From Chthoniobacteraceae bacterium (lineage in GTDB: Bacteria > Verrucomicrobiota > Verrucomicrobiia > Chthoniobacterales > Chthoniobacteraceae), in the NCBI GenBank assembly GCA_031409335.1, contig JANNWY010000228.1:1-42341 (forward strand): DNA of 42,341 bases, in the 5' to 3' direction. Positions 28,644 to 37,387 of this stretch are shown here, in pieces. A model generated the notes under the pieces. The model saw nothing but the letters and a program-made list of their open reading frames with translations, was not told the origin of the DNA and did no database searches. Position 1 is the stretch's first letter. Every line of letters begins with the position of its first letter. Position numbers and translations under genes: made by a program.

Positions 28644-28789
28644 GTGCGGATCAGCGTGAATGGAAAATCATCGCTGAGCAAGGTGCCGCGAAAATGTTTC
28701 GGCGTGTGTTGTCTCCGTGTGAATGCAATGATTCCAACGAAGGCTCGGTGCTTTCGTTCACTCACACGGCGGTCTAATTTGGCCGCTTC

Positions 28790-31700
28790 ATGGCCAAGCA
28801 CCCGCCCGTAAAGAATACCGCAGGAGAAGGATTCGCCGTCGAGGATTGCGTCGTCGGCCATCTGGCGTGTCATCTTCTCGCCGGTGTCCCGTGGAGCGGA
28901 GCGGGTGAAGGGATGATTCGCGTCATCGAATGTCAGATGAGGCAGGACGGCTGGCTCTTTGACGATGTTGTGTTGAGCATCGAAACCGGCGGCAGGGAAC
29001 GCCGGTGCGCGTGTTCGGTGAAAAGCCACGCTGTTTTTACCAAGGCCGGTGCGCCGCGCGAATTCGCTCGGGCGCTTTGGGAGCAGTGGCTGAAAAGCGG
29101 CGACGCCAATTTTCAACGTGAACGCGATTCGCTCGCACTGGTCGCGGCACAGCATGAGCCAGAGGTCGGCGAGGCTTGGTTCGGCCTCACGGATGCAGCG
29201 CGGGCGATGGCACCTGAAACGATGGCAGCGCGCCACGCGAGCGACGCGGAGCCTTCGCCACTACGGCGGGCAGCTTTTACGAGCCTGCAAATGTCCGATA
29301 TGGATGCGGTGGAAACGGCGCGGCTCTTGCGATGGTTCCGTCTCGCGCAGCACGATTTTCAACACGCGAATTCGCAAAGTGCGACGCACGCGATCGCGCT
29401 CTGCCAGCAAATCCTTCGCGACACCAACCGAGATCGCGCGGGTGAACTTTGGGATGCCATCGTGACTTTTGCCGGAGGCGTTAGACGCAAAGGCGGACGC
29501 ATCACGCTGCCGGATTTGCTGGCGAAATTGGGACACCGATTCCCGCTTAAGCAGCATCCCGATTACGCTGCCGATTGGGCGAGCATCCTGACGGAGAGCG
29601 GGCAGCGGATGGCGTCTCTGCCGACTAAAATCGGCGGTCAGGTTTCTGTCCCGCGCGGAGAGTTAATTGGGCAAATCAACGAGCGGTTGAGCGTGCATCA
29701 GCGCGTCGCTGTGCTCGGAGCATCCGGCAATGGCAAAAGCGTCCTGAGTTGCGAGTGGGCACAGATGGATGGCGTGCAAGCAGTTTGGTTGCAGGCGACC
29801 GACTTGGCCGCACCCGGCGGGCTGCGCGCGATGTTTCGCCTGTCGCGTAGCGTTGCCGAATTGTTCGCCAATACCAGCGAGCGGATGCGGTTGGTTTTGG
29901 ACGGCCTCGACAAGTGTTTCGACGAAACCGCATTTGGCGAAGCGGCCACGGTGCTTCGCGCGGCTTTCGCGCCGGAAGCGAAAGACCGCTGGGAAACGGT
30001 GCTTACCTGCTGCCCGGAAGATTGGGAGCGGGTGCGAGGGCAGCTCATTCGCAGAGGCATCACCCTGCCCAGCGAGATTGTGAGTGTGGAAAGGTTCAGC
30101 GAAAAGCAGGTGCGGAAAGCGTGCGAGCGCGTTCCCTCCCTGCGGCTGCTCGGTCAGCGCCCGCATCTTCTCCCACTCCTCCGCTGGCCCAAGGCACTCG
30201 ATATTGTCGCCACATACTGGCAGGCCACGGAGGCTGCGCTGCCGTGGGCCACGGAATCTGACTTTGCGCGCTGGTTCTGGCACAGCACGATCAGCCGCAA
30301 CGATCCCGCCAGTTTCCGCGATTTGGTCGCGCGCAAGCTCGCGGTGCAACTCGCCGACCGAATGGCTGGGTCGGCCTCGCTGGATGCGTTTCCGCGAGAG
30401 GAAGCTGCGGCGCTCTCACAGCTTGCAGGCGAGGGACATTTGGAAATCGACGGAGTGCGCCGCACAGTTCGGTTTGCCCACGAACTCACCGCCGATTGGG
30501 CGCGGCAGCGTGAATTGCAGGTGCAGGGAAGTGCCGCCGCCGCTTTCCTGCAAAGCCGTTTGCATTCGCCCTTTTGGCATCGCGCAGTGCGCTTCCACGG
30601 ACTCGACCTGCTCGAACGCCAATCCGATTCCGCAGCATGGCAGGAGTTCTTCGGTGCTTTTGGCAGCGACTCTGCGGGAGATGAGATGGCTCAGAATCTT
30701 TTGCTCGAAGCGCCTGTTTTCGCGGCGAACCAGCGTGCAGTGCTGGATCGGCTCTGGCCCGCGCTTCAACTCGATGACGGAAAGTTGAAGCGCCGATTCC
30801 TCCGCCAATTCCTGCGCGTGGCCACTCGCCCCGACGAAGAAATGGTTGCTCATTTCGCATCGCGAAGCGCCGAAACTCAACTTGATGCGTCGGTCCGCTA
30901 CCGCGTGCCTTTGTGGACCTACTGGCCGGGAGTTCTCGAATTTCTCGCCGCACATGCAGAGCAAGCGGTGAAGCTGGCCCGCGGCGAGGTGGCCGATCTC
31001 TGTCTTCTCTGGCTCCCATTTCACGAATACATCGACTTGGGGATGAAAGACGCCGCAACGCTGGCTGTCGTCTCCGCGCGCCAAGTCTATCGCAACGAGG
31101 AGGAGTGGCACGGCAGGCACAATCGTGTTTCCGCTGTGGAAAAAGCGTGTCAGGCGCTTTTGGCGGCTGCGTCGGAAATGCCCGACGAAGTTTCACACCT
31201 CGCGCTGAAATTTTGCGGCCGCCGTCCGCCCGACGCTGACGACGGCTCTCCGGGAGAAGATCGGGATCACCACTCTCAATTCGTGCCCGACCCCGGCCCG
31301 CCGACTCCGTGCCCGGAAGGGCCGCAGCGTCCGTGCGCGCGAATCTTCCGCAGTGCTTTCATGGACGGCAATCACTCCGGGTTGTTGTTTCGCGCACTGC
31401 CAGAAGTGGGCGTGGAAATCATGTTTGCCGTGTTGCTCGATCTTCCGCACGCGAACGATCATCCCAGCGACTGCCATCACATTGACGAGCACGGCTTCGC
31501 ATCGGAGGCGCTGCGCCATGAATCGTGCTTCTGGATCAGCGGGCCTTTCCTCACGTTTCTCCGCATCAATCCCGCCGCGGCGTTGCCGGCCATCATCCGC
31601 TTGGTGAACTTTGCGACGGATCGGGCGTGTGAAATCGGTGAAGATGTCCGCCAGCATCTCGCCGTTCCCGTCACGGTGAATGGCGAGACTCACGAGTGGC

Positions 31701-33954
31701 GCGGCCATCAATTTTCGTATGTGTGGCATCAGGGGCACGTCTTCGCGCAGCGTGCCGTTGGCTGCGCGCTGCTTTCGCTCGAAAAATGGTTCTACCTGCT
31801 CATGGATGCGGGCGAACCGCTGGATGAACACATCGCCACCATCCTTCGAGAGAGTCGCTCCATCGCGCTGGGCGGCGCGTTGATTTGCGTCGGAAAACGA
31901 AAGCCGGAGTTGTTTCTCGGCCCGCTGCGTCCCCTCGTCGAAGCGGTGGATTTTTACTGGCTTGAAGAAACTCTCGGGCGTCGCGGTGAAGGCAATTTTC
32001 GCGCTTCAGCGTTTTACGAGGACTCTCCGGGAATCGTCGAGGCATGGCGGGAGTGGGTGCAGATGCCGCACCGGAAAGAGTCCATTCACCGGCTGGTGGT
32101 GCGAATGTTTCTGAGCCACGCGACGTGGAGGGAAATGGTCGCGGACTTTCGCCGCACCTGGCAGGCCCGTCTCGATGCGGCGACGGAAAATCATCCCGCT
32201 CCGCCTTGGCTGGCGCGGATTGCATCAGAGTTTGATCCTGCAAACTGGCACGCCGAACAGCAGGAGGATCGCACACTCATTATCTACGACCCGCCGGCGA
32301 GCCTGCCGCAGCCGACGCCAGAGGATCTCGAACAATGGAAGCGCGCGGAATTGCTGATGCAGGTTCCCTTTCGCTGCCGGGAGATTCTGCTTGAAGATGC
32401 CGAATGCACAGAGGGGCAGATGATTGAAATGTGGTCGCAACTTGCGGCGGTGCGCGCTCTGTCCGTGCCGGAGGACGAACGCGGAATCCGTGACAATGAA
32501 GACGCGCTTTGCGGCATCGTCGCGGTGGCCGTGGTGCGGCACCGCGCATGGCTTGCCGCTGACCCTGAGCGGGAGAACGAGGCCATCACCATTCTCGCCA
32601 AAGTCGGTGCTCAACAACCGAAAAAGTTCTGGTTCGCCGAAGATGACTTCTCCGATTTCAAATGGGATAGCTTCGCAGCATGGGCGCTGACGACGCTTTG
32701 GTGCGAGCAGCCGGATGAGCCGTTCCTTTTACAAGCAGTCGGTGCCCTGGTGTTGTGGGATCGTTACCTTGTCGTCTCACGCGTGATGAGCATCGCGGCA
32801 AAGCATCGCGCGCAACTCGGCGCGCATTTCGACCGGCTGCTCGCTCACACCATTCGCTACGCTCCGCCCGCCATTGCGCACAGATGGAGAATCACGCGCC
32901 ACAGCGGGAGTTTGACCGCGACGCATGGGTCGCCGCACATTTGGAAAAATTCATGGCCGGCCAGACGGAACCACCTCCCTCGGACTGGACGCGACTGGCT
33001 GATTCGCAAGAGGGTCGTCATGGCCGAAGGCTCACCAACGGACTCGACATCGGGCACATCTCCGCAGCACTGGCTTGGGCCGAAGATCTGAGCGCGGCGA
33101 GCAATGAGGCGGAAAGGGAGATGTGGTTGGAATACCACCGGCAGAGTTTTTTCTGCGCCCTGATTCGCATCCGACAAATCGCAGCCTCACCGGAACCATC
33201 GGAGCCGCGGCATGACCATCACCAGCACTTCCCTTACGAAGACGAGCGGCGCTTGATTGAGCGGATTGGGCGAATCGTCGCGCGACTCCGCCCCGGTGAA
33301 GATCACCAGCGGTTTTGGGAACCCCTCTTCGCGATCGGCTTACCGGCGATCCACTGGATCAGCTCGTTCGTAGGTCGCCGGATGATCGAAGCAGCCGGAC
33401 ATGAACAAGTCGTTCCCACATTTGTCGAGCAGCGGCGGGCGATCCTGGAATACGCGGAGCAAGCCAGAGGAAGGCCGGCATGGAAGTCGGGAGCGCGCTA
33501 CCATCCGGGTGGGTCGCGTGACCTGTGGAGCGACTTGCTCGGATTCTCGCGATCTTCGCCCGATTTTTGGGACGAAAGATTGGCTCCAGCGGTGGAAGCT
33601 GTCCGCACATTTCACGAGCGATGGGCCGACCGGAATGTTGACGATTGCCACGACGCCAGCACCTACATCCACTTCCTGAAAACGCGGGCGGCTCGCGCGC
33701 TTCGGATGGATGGTTTGCTGCTCTTGCACCGGAAGGCTCCGATTGGTGACCAATACTTTTGGAGAGAGTCAGTAATCCAAAATTCCCTTGCTGGCTTCCT
33801 GCGCCTGCTGCTCGATGAGCATTGGCCTGAGTTAAGTGGAAGCGTGGAAGCGCGCGCTGCCTTCATGGCCTTCGCGCTCAAACTCGCCGCGTTGCAGCAT
33901 TCATTGGGCAGTGAGGTTCTTGCCCTCGCCGGAAATCGTTTCGGTTCAATTTAG
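28790..33954 (+). pseudogene. Avs-like STAND NTPase with N-terminal PD-(D/E)xK nuclease-like domain (~1720 aa), split by a frameshift
   Basis: N-terminal GEGFAVED...Q...DDVVL...SVKS; Walker A GASGNGKS, Walker B LVLDGLD, FAHEL winged-helix motif, long helical C-terminus; ORFs 28790-33091 and 32755-33954 join near 32867. Confidence 0.72.
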
Positions 33955-34015
33955 TAGGATTGCCATTCTGCCCGTGCTTCTGCGCGTTGGCCCCGGAGAA
34001 TCCGTGTGTTCACAC

Positions 34016-35491
34016 TTACCCCGTGAACCAGCTCGAAATCTCGCCGTTCGGCTCAAGCGGGGGTAGCGAGGTTTGCTTGAAGCCGCGTTCCGCATGAACG
34101 AGAACACAGGTGTGCTTCGGCAAGCTGCGCAGGACGTAAGGCTTAATCTTGTGCTCCTCCTGCTCGTTGTAGTTGCTCGTCGTGTGACCGTGCGAAAAGC
34201 CCCATGAGCGTTTCAGGAATTTTTTCTTCCCCAAGAAATCGGCGCTTTCGACAGCCCCTTCCTCGTCCGCAGCTTTGAAGATCATTCGATTGCGGAGATT
34301 GAGCGTGAGGACACGGGCTTTTTCCCGACCGAGCGGAGGAACGAATGACGTGGAAGATTGAGCGGCGGCGACGACGGTGCCCTGCGCTTCGCGGATTACG
34401 TCCACGGAGTTGTAATCGCTCATGCCGTCCTCACTCGCGGTCATAAAACGCTGCGCTTCGTCGGCCCAGAGGATGAGAAGATTGTCGTCCCGGCGTTGCG
34501 CCTTCGATTTGTCGAAACGGCGCAAGACGTGCGTGTAGAAAAGCATTTTGAGAAACGTGTTCACATAACGCCGCTCGGCCTGGAATTTCTGCGGCATAGC
34601 GACGCAGATGATTTTGCCGCGGTCGATTTCGGCGAAGTCGAAAGTATTTTCACGCGGGCAAAATACCTGCGTGATTTCCGGTGAAAGGAAATGCTGGAGG
34701 TAGTTCGCGATGGTTTCCTTCACGCCGCCGATTTGCTCCGGCGGCTGGTTGAGAAAGCGATTCTTGAAATGATCGTAGAGCGCATTACGCCGCTCGGTGG
34801 CATAGCCACCGAGCAGGTCTGACAGCGCCTCGTTCATGTCCTTCTCATCAAGCAGGAGGCTGTAGGCATTCTCCAGCGTCACGTCGGCGCGGATTTCGTA
34901 GAGCGTTTCCAGCGCCTTGGCGATGTGGGTCTGCGCCTGATTCTTGAAGAATCCCTTATCGCCCTGCTGGCCAAGGCTCGATGCCGTATCGACGACGAAT
35001 TTGGCATACGTGCTCGCGGGGATGGTTCGGTCGGAAGTGAGATTGTAGGCGTGCTGCGGCTTCCATCCCGTCGGTGCATTCTCGGGTTTCACTTGCAGCA
35101 AAATCAAATCGTCCTCGCGATGAAAGTGAGCGGCCATTTCCGAAAGCGTTTCCCAATAGAGTCCCTTGTCGTCGATGCAGACACCGCCCCATCCGGGTTC
35201 GTTTTTGAAGACCTGATAGAGCAGCGGAGTAATGCCGGAGCGGGTCTTGCCGGAGCCGGTGTCGCCGGTGATGAGCCAGCCACGGCAAAAGTCTTCGCGC
35301 GTCCACGAAAGGCCGCTGAGTCGCACGATGACTTTGCGCGTCCGTTGTGCGGCGGGAAGCGTCAGCGCGAAGACTGCAAGCAAGCCAAAGGCTGTTGCCA
35401 TTGCAGGGGCGGCAGGAGCATCGAGGATTTGCAGCGAGTAGTATCCGGCTGCCAACGACAATGCGGCGATGATGGTATTGACGAAATTCAT
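34016..35491 (-). CDS. Type IV coupling protein (TraD/VirD4-like)
   Basis: Two N-terminal TM helices, Walker A ITGDTGSGKT, IDDKG, Walker B LWADEAQRF, AAAQS. Confidence 0.88.
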   Translation of the reverse strand: MNFVNTIIAALSLAAGYYSLQILDAPAAPAMATAFGLLAVFALTLPAAQRTRKVIVRLSGLSWTREDFCRGWLITGDTGSGKTRSGITPLLYQVFKNEPGWGGVCIDDKGLYWETLSEMAAHFHREDDLILLQVKPENAPTGWKPQHAYNLTSDRTIPASTYAKFVVDTASSLGQQGDKGFFKNQAQTHIAKALETLYEIRADVTLENAYSLLLDEKDMNEALSDLLGGYATERRNALYDHFKNRFLNQPPEQIGGVKETIANYLQHFLSPEITQVFCPRENTFDFAEIDRGKIICVAMPQKFQAERRYVNTFLKMLFYTHVLRRFDKSKAQRRDDNLLILWADEAQRFMTASEDGMSDYNSVDVIREAQGTVVAAAQSSTSFVPPLGREKARVLTLNLRNRMIFKAADEEGAVESADFLGKKKFLKRSWGFSHGHTTSNYNEQEEHKIKPYVLRSLPKHTCVLVHAERGFKQTSLPPLEPNGEISSWFTG

Positions 35492-35850
35492 GGCGTTAAT
35501 TTTCCAATGGCGATTCCCGCCGCGAGAGCGACCAGAAGCAGGAGAAAGAAAAGCGCGCCGCGCCCGGATCGCATCTGCCGCGCGGTGTCCGGCAGCTTCC
35601 GCAATTCCTGAATCAGCTCCGCCGCTTGTTTCGCGAAGGTCTTCGTTCGCTGGTCGAGCAGCTCGATTGATTCACGGAACTCCTCGAAGGTCGGCGGACG
35701 CGAGCCGGTGGCGGTCGGCTCGGAAGTCCGCAGGTAGATGTGGAAAAGCTCCAGCGAAGCCAGCATCGGATCGCCGTCGCGAATGCCGTATTTCTTCTGC
35801 CATTCGAGAACGGCATTTTGCAGCGTGAGATTGCGCTCGTCGCTGTTCAC
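35488..35850 (-). CDS. TraM/StbC-position membrane-anchored protein
   Basis: GTG start overlapping the upstream TGA; KYGIRDGDPM motif, coiled coil, C-terminal TM helix; overlaps the T4CP start. Confidence 0.7.
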   Translation of the reverse strand: MNSDERNLTLQNAVLEWQKKYGIRDGDPMLASLELFHIYLRTSEPTATGSRPPTFEEFRESIELLDQRTKTFAKQAAELIQELRKLPDTARQMRSGRGALFFLLLLVALAAGIAIGKLTP

Positions 35851-36611
35851 GGCGCAGTCACACCCTCCACCGCAGGCACGGCTTTGCGTTTCGCTTTCCC
35901 GTTGTTCTTCGACTGCTCGCCGGTCGGAAGCAGTAGCTCGCGAGCAAGGTCGATCTGCTCGTAGAATTTCGCCTGCCAGTTCTTCAATCGCTGCCGATCC
36001 ACGAGACTGAAATCGCTCTGCGCAATGGCGGCGGTCATCGACAGATTCGTCTCGTTCAATCCGGTGACGAGCCAATCGTAGAGCTTGGGCATGACGATTT
36101 CCTGACCGCCGAGTTCGCCCAGCACACGGCTCCGCGTCTGGCTTTGATCGAAAATTTTGAACTGCTCGCTGTGCGCTTGATTGCGCACGATCACATACCG
36201 GCACTTCGGGCCGAGCGCGTCGGCGATGATCTTCACCTGCTCCACACTATCCGCCTCGTGATTGACGGGTGAAATGATGGTCAGCGTCGCGCCGAGCATT
36301 TCCAGAATCTCGAAAACCCGCACCTCGGCGAAGTAATCGAGAAAGATGTCGGTGGAAGCTGCGCGGCAATCGACGACGACTAGGCCACTGGTTTCGAGAC
36401 TGGAAATCAACACGTCGATTTCCTGCACCTGCTCGATATTGATGAACTCGGCTTCGCGGTGAAATCGCTTGAGCGTGGAGTTCTCGTTATCGGTGTCGAT
36501 GGCGCGATGCCCGACCTGCTGGTCTTTGAGGTATTGGACAAAGTTGGTTGCGAAGAAGCTCTTCCCGACGCCGCCTTTGCCGTTGATGATGATGTCGATG
36601 TGTTTGGTCAT
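35847..36611 (-). CDS. ParA/MinD-like ATPase (TraL/StbB/MobD-like)
   Basis: Deviant Walker A GKGGVGKS, IDTD, VVDC; position next to oriT. Confidence 0.82.
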   Translation of the reverse strand: MTKHIDIIINGKGGVGKSFFATNFVQYLKDQQVGHRAIDTDNENSTLKRFHREAEFINIEQVQEIDVLISSLETSGLVVVDCRAASTDIFLDYFAEVRVFEILEMLGATLTIISPVNHEADSVEQVKIIADALGPKCRYVIVRNQAHSEQFKIFDQSQTRSRVLGELGGQEIVMPKLYDWLVTGLNETNLSMTAAIAQSDFSLVDRQRLKNWQAKFYEQIDLARELLLPTGEQSKNNGKAKRKAVPAVEGVTAP

Positions 36612-36618
36612 AGAAGGG

Positions 36619-36999
36619 TCAGACGTTGCGCGGATCGGCGATGCGCGGGCCGCGTCCGCGTGAACTGGCGGGCGTTTCGGACGCGATGCCATGTTCGTGT
36701 CGCCGGTTCAGCAACTCGGCTATTGGCGCTGAGGGCTTTGGTGTGGCGCTACGGGTGTCACCTGCTGCCGCTGGCGCGGCCCATTCACGACAGAAACGAG
36801 CGATGGTGTTGTGGGAAACGGTGACGCCGAGTTGCTTGAGCAAATCGGCAATCGTCCTGGATGACGCGCCCTTTTCCCGAAGCCGGACGATGCCGATTGT
36901 GAAAGGAAGTAACGAGTGGAAGCGTCGTCCCGCCGACGCCTCGAACGATTGCACCTTGGCATCGAAAAGCTGAATAAGCTGGTCGCGCTCACTGCTCAT
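36619..36999 (-). CDS. HTH relaxosome accessory protein (TraK/StbA-like)
   Basis: LREKGASSRTIADLL...GVTVSHNTIARF helix-turn-helix; first gene divergent from the relaxase. Confidence 0.65.
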   Translation of the reverse strand: MSSERDQLIQLFDAKVQSFEASAGRRFHSLLPFTIGIVRLREKGASSRTIADLLKQLGVTVSHNTIARFCREWAAPAAAGDTRSATPKPSAPIAELLNRRHEHGIASETPASSRGRGPRIADPRNV

Positions 37000-37387
37000 G
37001 TGACAGCCCTGCAACGATGACGGATACGGACTTGCATCACGCCATGCGCCAATGCTGCGACATGGCTGAACCACCCGTGAGACAAAGCGGTTACAACGCT
37101 GCATCCCGCGACGCGCACTTTGGAGACATTTGGCGAGACGGCATCGTTACGGGTCGTGACGGCACAGTTACAGCGCGTGAGTCGCCGCCGATACGCCGCT
37201 GCTTGATGCCGGATAGTTGCGTGCGACATGCCTGTTACGAAACGACCTAGCGCCCTGCTAGGGGTAGGGCGTCCTCTCTTTCAAAGTTAGCTTTCATGCC
37301 ATCCATGAAAGCGCACCCAAATGATAACAAGCTCCCAAACGGGAGCCTCTTTCAAAATTGTTTGGCTACTAACTGCGGGCCAGTCCC
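37000..37387. other. Candidate oriT region
   Basis: Intergenic between the divergent accessory operon and relaxase; short GTTAC/GTGAC/GCGAC repeats; hairpin CGCCCTGC-taggg-GTAGGGCG at 37251-37271. Confidence 0.6.
37331..37346. promoter_or_regulatory. Palindromic operator GCTCCC-N4-GGGAGC (copy 3)
   Basis: GCTCCCAAACGGGAGC about 40 bp upstream of the relaxase start. Confidence 0.65.
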
